A stretch of DNA of 64,000 bases from contig DIXQ01000021.1 of the NCBI GenBank assembly GCA_002428725.1, positions 27,097 through 91,096 of the forward strand. Direction: 5' to 3'. Position 1 is the stretch's first letter. Each line of letters starts with the position of its first letter. This document shows, one piece after another, positions 28,001 through 35,075 of the stretch. The stretch is from Spirochaetaceae bacterium UBA6076. GTDB taxonomy: Bacteria > Spirochaetota > Spirochaetia > Treponematales > Rectinemataceae. Position numbers and translations under genes: made by a program. Under the pieces are notes generated by a model. That model did no database searches. It had not been told where the DNA came from and was given only the letters and a program-made list of their open reading frames with translations.

Positions 28001-28240
28001 GTCTACCTGAAAGCCCTTCATGGTTTTATAGCGGGGAATAATGTCTTTTATGGTGCCGGGCACGAAATGTCCGAAGTGGGGAAGCCCGGTGGCGAATGGT
28101 GGGCCGTCGTAGAACACGAATTTCGGGCTGCCCTCCCGCTGGGATATTGATTTTTTGAAAATATCGTTCTTCGCCCAAAAGCCTACGGTTTCTTCCTCTT
28201 GCTGTGGGAAATTGGCCTTCGGGTCGACATTCTTGTACAC
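25085..28240 (-). CDS. ileS: Isoleucine--tRNA ligase, type 2
   Basis: The HIGH region reads PPFATGLPHFGHF and the KMSKS region reads GKKMSKSLRN. At 1051 aa, and with no C-terminal Zn-finger tail that I could see, it fits the type-2 (eukaryote-like) form. Confidence 0.95.
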   Translation of the reverse strand: MYKNVDPKANFPQQEEETVGFWAKNDIFKKSISQREGSPKFVFYDGPPFATGLPHFGHFVPGTIKDIIPRYKTMKGFQVDRRFGWDCHGLPVENLIEKKLGLNSKTDIEKFGVAEFNEACRASVLRYVNEWRTIVTRLGRWVDFDNDYKTMEPDYMESIWWIMKELWNKGLIYEGHYILPYCPRCSTVLSTHELSLGGYKDVHDPAITIRFKITEAPNALGDLADGSSYLIAWTTTPWTLPSNLALALGPEIDYVCVVDGNERYILAESRLSAYYKNPETLSIAWKKKGKELAGVRYEPLFPYFASLHDQGAFVTVLGDYVSTEDGTGIVHTAPGFGEDDYQVLKGTGIPTVCPVDAECKFTEEVSDYKGQFVKDSDKAIMERLKAEGKLVKREQVFHAYPHCWRCSSPLIYRAVSSWFVKIDPIKPHMVNCNKKVLWVPAHIRDGRFGKWLEGARDWAISRNRYWGNPLPIWRCESCGKTVCIGSRAELRERSGVDVKDLHKHFVDKVSFPCECGGTMNRIPEVLDCWFESGAMPYAQIHYPFEHKEDFSDHFPADFINEGLDQTRGWFYSLTVLAAALFESQAYDACICSGLVLAEDGKKMSKSLRNYTDPVAVVNNFGADALRLFLMNSAVSRGEDLRYSDEGVKDVLKSIIIPLWNAYGFFVTYANIDGVQPGEPDPASISNPLDKWILSVCERMIEKVTAGLDAYEMQSGIEPIVDFIDSLNNWYIRRSRRRFWKSENDQDKAQAYDCLHRVLRKLILIAAPFIPFITENIYQNLKQEGEPESVHLCDWPVYDARFRNLELERDMDSVRHAVSMGRALRVANDLKTRQPLGSVMLVTKVAEERAVLSAMEDILREELNVKSVLFRENEEDLVEYSAKANFRVLGKELGKDMKTAAAAIEALEPHQIARMVDGGSVTVEVAGRSLVLDKDKVEVRRTEKPGLKVLNEGTLTLALDTIVSPELLREGYVRDLIRGVQNLRKESGLEVTDRISLVLGGDADLKAAYEEFGELIAGETLASKIEWTFALMEAATNIEAGEKTWLASLQKA

Positions 28241-28312
28241 GGTTGCCCTCCTGGAGATCGAGTGAGTATGCCATAGAGGGCGTTCAATTTCCAGACCGTC
28301 GCCCGAATAGAT

Positions 28313-29407
28313 TTACAGCGACAATCCGGCTTGCAAGGTAAATCCCATAAACCAATCGCCGATTGCGTTTTTTCCCCAGGAAAGATCGGCGAGATACTCC
28401 ATGGCGCCAAAACCCGAAGCCGAGAGGGCAGCACCGAAGCTCAAACTTTCGGGGCTGGGTGTGTAATAAAGGGGAAGGGCTAAGGAGAGCCATTCGTCGA
28501 TCTTCCAGGCTGCGGCCGTGTAAATGCTATGAGCTGGGGAGCCCCCCAGGTCGAAAAGATATTCCCCCATCAGGCTTACATCGGCGATTCGCGTTTCGGC
28601 GCCGCCCATTATTGAGTAATCCAGTTTCCAGCTATTTTTCGGGTCTAGGTTTATGGCTGTTTCTCCATAGAACGAGATGTAGGGCAGGTCGATGTTAATC
28701 TCTGCCCCGCCCAGGAGAAGCCACGTTGAGGATCCGGTATCTTCCCGCAGCCCCGCCGATACGGCAAAAGTAGCTGTATCGAATAGTGTGGTATACCCAC
28801 GCAGGGCAAAGGCCTTGCCGAGCCTGAAGTAGGGGGCCATTACCAGTTCCAGGCTGGAGACCGGACTAGGGTACCAGGTCGCCTTGGCCAGGATGATAGA
28901 GCGGTGGGAGGGTTGTCCTGAGGAATAATCGATGTCGGTGAAGTGATCCGCTGGGCTGAAAGCCTTGCCAGTGCCCCAGTTAGCGTGACTTAAGCCGGCT
29001 TCGAAGGAGAGAGTACCGCTATGGCCACGCAGTGCAAGTTCTTCCAGGGCGAGGGCAAGGATAGCTGAAGGCGCAGTCGAAGTCGCGTCGAATGCTGGCG
29101 CGGTGAGAAGATAATCGTCGCCGCTTCCACCCAAACCGAGAGCGAGCCACAGATCGGTGGCTTCCTTGCCCTGGAGAAGGGAAAGGCGAGCTCGAGCCCT
29201 CAACGAAGCCTGCTCTCTCGAGCCTTTTAAAAGGACACCGAGCCCTGTGCTACTCCCCAAGGAGATCGAAAAGGGAGTGGCGATTTTCGAGTACAGTGAG
29301 GCGGCAGTCTTAACCTGGGTGGAAAGGCTCAAATCCCCTTCAGCTCCTACTCCCAGCAGAGTTGCAAGGAGGAAGAAGACGATGGCGAAGGCTGATAATC
29401 GTTTCAT
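28313..29407 (-). CDS. Secreted hypothetical protein, predicted outer-membrane beta-barrel
   Basis: Signal peptide is MKRLSAFAIVFFLLATLLGVGA. The sequence shows pervasive alternating hydrophobic/polar dyads (SFGAALSAS, YLADLSW, FTLQAGLSL) and is rich in Gly, Ser and aromatics. There is a 4-nt overlap with the upstream LolA-like gene. The fold is inferred only. Confidence 0.45.
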   Translation of the reverse strand: MKRLSAFAIVFFLLATLLGVGAEGDLSLSTQVKTAASLYSKIATPFSISLGSSTGLGVLLKGSREQASLRARARLSLLQGKEATDLWLALGLGGSGDDYLLTAPAFDATSTAPSAILALALEELALRGHSGTLSFEAGLSHANWGTGKAFSPADHFTDIDYSSGQPSHRSIILAKATWYPSPVSSLELVMAPYFRLGKAFALRGYTTLFDTATFAVSAGLREDTGSSTWLLLGGAEINIDLPYISFYGETAINLDPKNSWKLDYSIMGGAETRIADVSLMGEYLFDLGGSPAHSIYTAAAWKIDEWLSLALPLYYTPSPESLSFGAALSASGFGAMEYLADLSWGKNAIGDWFMGFTLQAGLSL

Positions 29408-30165
29408 CGCGTAAAGGCCTGGAGGCTGAATCGCCCAGGATCGATAGAAGGATTGATTACAATGGAGTCCATGGTGAGTACCGTCCTGGAATTTTTCTTG
29501 AGCTGGTCGGAGTATTCAATAACCGAGGGAAACCGGCGCCCCTGCAATGATACGGTGCCGAGCACCTTTAGCACCTTGAGGAGGGTCCCGCTCTTCGCGT
29601 AGAGCTCGCCTCTAAGAATGGTGAAATGCTCTTTGTCCACCCAGAGTCTGCGTCGGGGGTAGTGCACACCGCTCTTATCGGATTTCAGCTCCAGGACATG
29701 GCAGTCCCTTCCCTCCAGGGTTTCCGAACCCGCGACGCTGGCGGCATAGAGGGTAGAAAGCTCCTCGGAGTTCATCGCGTCTTGGTAAGAAAAGTCTGAG
29801 CCCATGATACCCTGGCGGAGCATGGCGCCGGATATCTTCACCGTATCCTGTTCCGAGGGAAAGTACATCCAGAGATTGTCCTCAAGCTTGAGCATTTTTG
29901 TACCCCTATCCTCGGGATTGGTAAATTCGATAAAAGCCTTGTCCTCGCCTTCCGCCCAGGCTTTCATGGTCTTGACCTTGGACCTAGCACCCGAAACAAT
30001 CTCCATTCTGCCCTCGTAGTAGATGGTGGAATACACTTGATTGGCGTCAACCCGGGAGAGTATATCCTCGGCGCTGGGTGCCTGAGCCGATACCGACATA
30101 GTTCCGAATCCAATATATAAAAGCGCAGTCGCCAATGCGACAGTAGTGCGTTGCGCTATTTTCAT
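29404..30165 (-). CDS. LolA-like outer membrane lipoprotein-sorting protein family member
   Basis: I set the start at MKIAQRTTVALATALLYIGFGTMSVSAQA (AAGGAG lies 6 nt upstream). The motifs AWAEGEDKAFIEFTNPEDRGTKML, LWMYFPSEQDTVKISG, GSDFSYQDA, LEGRDCHVLEL and LWVDKEHF match the LolA-like family pattern. Confidence 0.7.
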   Translation of the reverse strand: MKIAQRTTVALATALLYIGFGTMSVSAQAPSAEDILSRVDANQVYSTIYYEGRMEIVSGARSKVKTMKAWAEGEDKAFIEFTNPEDRGTKMLKLEDNLWMYFPSEQDTVKISGAMLRQGIMGSDFSYQDAMNSEELSTLYAASVAGSETLEGRDCHVLELKSDKSGVHYPRRRLWVDKEHFTILRGELYAKSGTLLKVLKVLGTVSLQGRRFPSVIEYSDQLKKNSRTVLTMDSIVINPSIDPGRFSLQAFTR

Positions 30166-30188
30166 TACTTCTCCTTTTAAGCCCCGAC

Positions 30189-31445
30189 TTATAGAGCTTT
30201 TATAGCGGCTACGGGCGACATCTTCGAGGCCCTTCTCGAAGGAAGATAGGCAATCAGGGCGGAGACCGCACTTCCGATGCATATACCCAATGCGATAGCC
30301 CAGCCGGAAATGTACGGGGAAATCCTGTTATCCATAGGCCAGGAGAAGCCCGCCATGGCGCTGGTTAGATCAAAGCCCTTGATCCCGACCAGGTATACCA
30401 GCAATGTTCCCACAAGGGTTCCCGCTATGGATCCTGCCAAGCCAAGCATTGTTCCTTCGGCTAAGAAAAGTCGTAGCACCTGTTTCCTCGGCATACCCAT
30501 GGCCATAAGGAGGCCTATCTCCCGTTTACGCTCCAAAATTACCATGGTCATCACGTTGGCGATGATAAAGGCGCCCAGGAAGGCCACGAAAACGAAGACC
30601 CAGTAATACATGATGTTCATTAGTTTAATCATGGAAGGATAGCTTCCTATATCAGTCCAAGGCAGGACCGAAAGCCCCAGGGCGGGATTCGACCCCCTGT
30701 ATTCCTTAACCTGGTCTTCGATGCGGGCTAGGGCTTTTTTCATCAGTCTCTGGGACGAGAGCATCACGGCGATCTGCTGGCTGCCGTCTTCGATGCCGAG
30801 CAGGGCTTGGGCATCATCCAGACCAAGCTGGAGCAGAAACCCGTCCAGGGCGTTAACTCCGGTTTTAAAAATGCCCGATATCGCAAGTTTCTTGAAGCCC
30901 AATCCTCCATCGGCTTTCTGAGTGAGGAGCTTGAGGGTATCCCCCTCCTTAAGCCCCAGATCATTGGCTAGGCCTTCGCCGATAATTACCGTTCCCGGTG
31001 AATCCAGGTACCTGCCTCCCGGAAGAATCTTGGTGTCCAACATAAGCGACTTGCGTTCAAGCTCAGGATCTCCCGCAATGGCCAAAGCTTCCTTGGTCCC
31101 CGCCTCGGAGGATAGCATGAGGCCGAAGCGTATGCGCTGGGCGACCACTGCCTGGGGATCTATGTCCGTCAGGGCACCCTCGATATCTTTCGCCAATTCG
31201 CCGGATGATTCTATGTACTCGTCCACGGGCATGAACTTGGCTCTTTCCCTGTAGCCCTGGGTCGCTATGTTTATATGACCGGTCTCATTCTTGATGTAGT
31301 TCTTGACCATCGAATCCATGAAACCTTGAAGAAATCCCGCCATGAACATCATCAGGAGAATGGAGAGAAAGACCGAAGCGGCTGCCAGGATGCTCCGCCT
31401 TTTATTCCTTAGGAGGTTTCTGTACGCAAAGGGTAGCAATTTCAT
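30189..31445 (-). CDS. MacB/LolC/E-type ABC transporter permease (FtsX domain)
   Basis: 418 aa. The layout is an N-terminal TM helix, a ~220-aa periplasmic domain, then three C-terminal TM helices. Confidence 0.8.
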   Translation of the reverse strand: MKLLPFAYRNLLRNKRRSILAAASVFLSILLMMFMAGFLQGFMDSMVKNYIKNETGHINIATQGYRERAKFMPVDEYIESSGELAKDIEGALTDIDPQAVVAQRIRFGLMLSSEAGTKEALAIAGDPELERKSLMLDTKILPGGRYLDSPGTVIIGEGLANDLGLKEGDTLKLLTQKADGGLGFKKLAISGIFKTGVNALDGFLLQLGLDDAQALLGIEDGSQQIAVMLSSQRLMKKALARIEDQVKEYRGSNPALGLSVLPWTDIGSYPSMIKLMNIMYYWVFVFVAFLGAFIIANVMTMVILERKREIGLLMAMGMPRKQVLRLFLAEGTMLGLAGSIAGTLVGTLLVYLVGIKGFDLTSAMAGFSWPMDNRISPYISGWAIALGICIGSAVSALIAYLPSRRASKMSPVAAIKAL

Positions 31446-31457
31446 TATAAGCCTCCT

Positions 31458-32720
31458 TTAAACGAAGCGCAGGGCTTCGGTGACTTCCAGCTTGCCTGCC
31501 TTGGCAGCCGGAATGCGGGCCGATATCCAGGACGCTGCTACGCCGAATAAAAAGCCGAATGCCATGATGCCGGGATGCCATTCGCCGCGAAGACCGTCGC
31601 CTATGGGTATGACTCCCATGTCGAGACTTCCAAAATAATCGCCTATGGGTATGCCCCAACGTACCGACCACCACACCAAGAGACTACCTAGTACGAGAGC
31701 AGCTGAGCTGCCTATCAGACCTATGAGCAAGCCCTCAATGGAAAAAAGCCTGCGTATGTGAGTCGGTGTCATGCCATAGGCTCGCAAGACCCCAATTTCT
31801 TTTATACGCGAGTAGACGCTCATCAATATGGTGTTCACAATACCAACCCCCGCTATGAGAAGAACTATAAAAATGATGAGCATGGAATACTTTGATTTCA
31901 TGTCGCGCATCGCGAGATAGTCGTTAGCTGCTTCCGCTATAGATACCGCTTTGATATTTTTATATTCTTTTTCGATGATTGCAGAGGCTTCTATGGAATC
32001 GCTCAACTCTTTACTTAAATTGGCCGGTCGCGGCAGCGATACCCCAATTGTCGTCACGGGCAAATCTTCTCCAAGAAGTTTTTTTGCCTCGGTAAAGCTC
32101 ATAAAGATTCCACTTTCATTAAGGGACATGTCGGGGATATCCAAGATGCCTGTGATTATGTATTCATCGGCGTTAAGGCTATCGTCAGTCATCCGGGCTG
32201 AGATAAAAAGCCAGTCGCCTTGGGTCAAACCAAGATCCCGGGCCAAGAGCTTGCCGATAAGAACCTCGCCGCCTTCAGGGTTTTCTGAGAACCATGATCC
32301 TGAATCGAGCTGATCCCGTAACGTGAATACACTGGAATCGGTGACCAGATCTATGGCGTAGCCCAAGGCAGGAAGACTGTCTATCCTGTTGGATGCAAAG
32401 GCCATGAAGGGTGTCCTAGGGGTGGCAGAAGATCCAGGAAATACCAATTCTATTTCGGTAGCCAGTTCCACGGCTTGCGAAAGTCCATGGGTAAGGGGCA
32501 TTGTTCTTTTATTGTCGTAATACTCTTTTGTCATTACTTTAAGCGAAGCGTCGTTGAATTGCACCATGGAGTCTATAGTCATTCTGTCCATGCCAGCCAA
32601 GACCGAATCGAAAAAGATAAACATGCCGATTCCTACGGTGAGAACAATGGCCGATATAAGACTGCGTTTCCAATGGCGCACAACGTTTCGCAGTGCAATG
32701 GAAATCAGCGTTTTTGTCAT
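31458..32720 (-). CDS. MacB/LolC/E-type ABC transporter permease (FtsX domain), paralogue of the previous gene
   Basis: 420 aa with the same topology as the previous gene. There is a 4-nt overlap with the ATPase gene. Confidence 0.8.
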   Translation of the reverse strand: MTKTLISIALRNVVRHWKRSLISAIVLTVGIGMFIFFDSVLAGMDRMTIDSMVQFNDASLKVMTKEYYDNKRTMPLTHGLSQAVELATEIELVFPGSSATPRTPFMAFASNRIDSLPALGYAIDLVTDSSVFTLRDQLDSGSWFSENPEGGEVLIGKLLARDLGLTQGDWLFISARMTDDSLNADEYIITGILDIPDMSLNESGIFMSFTEAKKLLGEDLPVTTIGVSLPRPANLSKELSDSIEASAIIEKEYKNIKAVSIAEAANDYLAMRDMKSKYSMLIIFIVLLIAGVGIVNTILMSVYSRIKEIGVLRAYGMTPTHIRRLFSIEGLLIGLIGSSAALVLGSLLVWWSVRWGIPIGDYFGSLDMGVIPIGDGLRGEWHPGIMAFGFLFGVAASWISARIPAAKAGKLEVTEALRFV

Positions 32721-33415
32721 TTTTGCTTCCTCTCGTCTTTGACGATCAGACCATCGTGCAGATGAAAGACTCGCAACGCTTCTTCCATAATCATTTTGTC
32801 ATGGGTAGAAAAAATAAAAGTCGTATTAGACTTCTGGTTCATTAATTTCATGAGCCTGATAATTTCCTCAGCGTTGTGCGAATCCAGATTTGCAGTAGGC
32901 TCGTCGGCGAGCACCACCGAAGGTTCCTTAATCAGAGCTCTGGCTATGGCGACCCGCTGTTCCTGACCACCTGATAGCTCCCTGGGGTATCGGTCGGCCT
33001 TGTCAGCGATACCCACCGCATCCAGTATTTCCAAGGCTTTCTTTCGCATTGCGGCCTTAGAAAAAGAACCGTCTATTGAAAGGGGTAGCTCGACATTCTC
33101 CACAACGGTGAGCACGGGGATAAGATTGAAGGACTGAAAGATGAAGGAAACATGTTCTCTGCGGTAAGCCGAAAGTTCCTTCTCGCCCATTACTTTTAGT
33201 TCTCTTCCCTGATAGCTAATGATTCCTGATGTGGGTTTGTCCAGGCACCCGATGATGTTGAGCAGGGTAGTCTTGCCCGAGCCCGAGGGACCCACGATCG
33301 CGCAGAACTCCCCTTTTTCCAGCTCCATGTCCACGCCTGCCAGGGCTTTTACCTCAATGTCGCCCTTACGATAGTTCTTGGTAATTTGGGATAGAGACAG
33401 AATTGCCATGATCAC
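32717..33415 (-). CDS. ABC transporter ATP-binding protein (LolD/MacB-NBD type)
   Basis: Walker A is GPSGSGKTT, the signature motif is LSGGQEQRVAIARAL, and Walker B is VVLADEPT. Confidence 0.9.
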   Translation of the reverse strand: MIMAILSLSQITKNYRKGDIEVKALAGVDMELEKGEFCAIVGPSGSGKTTLLNIIGCLDKPTSGIISYQGRELKVMGEKELSAYRREHVSFIFQSFNLIPVLTVVENVELPLSIDGSFSKAAMRKKALEILDAVGIADKADRYPRELSGGQEQRVAIARALIKEPSVVLADEPTANLDSHNAEEIIRLMKLMNQKSNTTFIFSTHDKMIMEEALRVFHLHDGLIVKDERKQK

Positions 33416-33747
33416 TCCTTCGAATCTTCGGGATTCTTCTTACGCACCGCATTAAGCATAGATTCTATTTCATCTAAATATCGATTGAGTTCAGCTTCTC
33501 CTAGGGGATTGAGTCGAATTCCCGTATAGGGTTTTCTTTCCTTGAAGCTTTTAGAAATACCAATATAGCCAGCTTTCTCCAGCGTCTTGAGCTGAATGGA
33601 CAGATTGCCGGCGCTCATGTCTAAATCGTATTTCAGGGTGGGGAAGCCCACCTCGGCCTCGGGGTTAGAGGCCAGGTACACAAGAATCCTGAGCCTGGCC
33701 CGCTCGTGGATTATTTTTTCCGGATCCGGGGGAACTTTATTGCCCAT
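33412..33747 (-). CDS. Winged-helix DNA-binding transcriptional regulator
   Basis: The sequence IHERARLRILVYLASNPEAEVGFPTLKYDLDMSAGNLSIQLKTLEKAGYI is a wHTH pattern. There is a 4-nt overlap with the ATPase gene. Confidence 0.65.
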   Translation of the reverse strand: MGNKVPPDPEKIIHERARLRILVYLASNPEAEVGFPTLKYDLDMSAGNLSIQLKTLEKAGYIGISKSFKERKPYTGIRLNPLGEAELNRYLDEIESMLNAVRKKNPEDSKE

Positions 33748-33749
33748 TA

Positions 33750-33947
33750 TCAGACCTTAAAACCCGATTCCGCAACATTCTTAGCCCTAAGCAGCCCAAG
33801 CGCCAGGGCTAGGGCAGGATAGAGCCTGGAGGATGCCACGGCCTTGAGCACGGGATTGTTGGCTTTGACCGATTCTCTCAGATCGGAAAGCGTTTGGGCG
33901 AGGTTCTCGAGATGCACCTCTGTATTTTTGCTGGTCTTTTCCTTCAT
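33750..33947 (-). CDS. Small hypothetical protein (65 aa), first ORF of the ABC/LolA-like operon
   Basis: Support is ORF position only. The stop lies 2 nt before the regulator start. No motif was recognised. Confidence 0.3.
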   Translation of the reverse strand: MKEKTSKNTEVHLENLAQTLSDLRESVKANNPVLKAVASSRLYPALALALGLLRAKNVAESGFKV

Positions 33948-34106
33948 CCTTCTTCATGCTCCATAAACAAGTTTATGATACAAACTGATATTTAGTGTTC
34001 TCTATCACGCTTGTCAAGGCTTGAAACCATAAAAGCTAGGCAAAAATCCGAGCCTGTGGTATTATCCTCATGATTATCGCGCTGTGCAGTGCGCCAAGGA
34101 GTAAAT

Positions 34107-34982
34107 ATGAGGAGTGAAGGCGCAGACCTTGAGATCCGTTATTGCAAAGAGGACATAGAATCCCAGGCTGCAGAACGTCTAGTAGTGCGCATGCCCGAAG
34201 GAACGATCACTTTAAGCCCTTCTCTCGATGACAAAATCCATGTTGAATACGAACTGCACGGCAACGCTTCGCTCTTGCCCTCCTGGAAGGCTTCGGTGCG
34301 ACGGCATGACCGGATTCTCATAATCTCCAATGACAGACCGCAGGATATCTACACCGCAAGTGTAGCCATCGCGGTACCCACCTGCATCAAAGATCTCGAG
34401 GTTCATAGCATGAAGGGTGAGATCGATGTCAGGGATTGCGAGTCCGACATACTGGCTATCTCGGAGTTCGGCGCCGTCCATATTCACGGGGGAAAAAGCG
34501 TCGAAGCCTCCAGCGTCCAGGGTTCGGTAACCCTTTTGAACTGCGCATCGGCAACGGTGAACACCATAGACGGCTCAGTTAAATGTTCAAAAATCAACGG
34601 CTCACTCCACATAGAAACCCAGGGAGGGGATATCCAGACTTCCCGTATCAAGGGCAACGTGATCGCCCTGACCAAGGATGGTGATATTTCGGTGTTCAAG
34701 CCCGAAGGGAGAATACGCCTCATTTCCCACGACGGAGATATCGAACTGGAGCTATCGGGCAATTTCGGCGGTGGCGAGGCTACAACCTATTCCGGCGACA
34801 TCAATCTTATGCTCGAGCAGGCTAACGTGGAATTTAGGGCCGAGACGCTTTCGGGGCAGATCAGTTCTCCGGGTACCACCATCGCCTCTGGCACAGGTCC
34901 GCGGCGATGCGCCTACCGAATCGGCGAGGGCACCAAGCGCCTGCATGTCAAGAGCGTACTCGGCGATATAGAGGTAGAATGA
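34107..34982 (+). CDS. DUF4097-type beta-strand repeat protein (putative adhesin fold)
   Basis: Repeated G(D/S)I.V / GDI.L segments run across the C-terminal two thirds. I set the start at ATG 34107 (AAGGAG upstream) rather than GTG 34089. Confidence 0.6.
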   Translation: MRSEGADLEIRYCKEDIESQAAERLVVRMPEGTITLSPSLDDKIHVEYELHGNASLLPSWKASVRRHDRILIISNDRPQDIYTASVAIAVPTCIKDLEVHSMKGEIDVRDCESDILAISEFGAVHIHGGKSVEASSVQGSVTLLNCASATVNTIDGSVKCSKINGSLHIETQGGDIQTSRIKGNVIALTKDGDISVFKPEGRIRLISHDGDIELELSGNFGGGEATTYSGDINLMLEQANVEFRAETLSGQISSPGTTIASGTGPRRCAYRIGEGTKRLHVKSVLGDIEVE

Positions 34983-34996
34983 TTTACTAGCTACTC

Positions 34997-35036
34997 GAGG
35001 CTTTTTCAAAAGTTAACAGACTTTTAAAATTAGCTC
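34997..35036. repeat. Second copy of the palindromic intergenic element seen at 1801-1838
   Basis: 35005-35031 is the exact reverse complement of 1805-1831, checked base by base (27/27). It also lies in a convergent intergenic gap, between the DUF4097 gene and the acyl-CoA ligase gene. Confidence 0.7.
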
Positions 35037-35075
35037 ACTCCAAAAGACCGAAGCCTCTGGAGTGGCTTTACATAC

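Noticed and set aside
28241-28312. T-box or other leader upstream of ileS
   Set aside because: Only about 70 nt separate ileS from the upstream gene. That is too short for a T-box, and no specifier or T-box sequence was seen.
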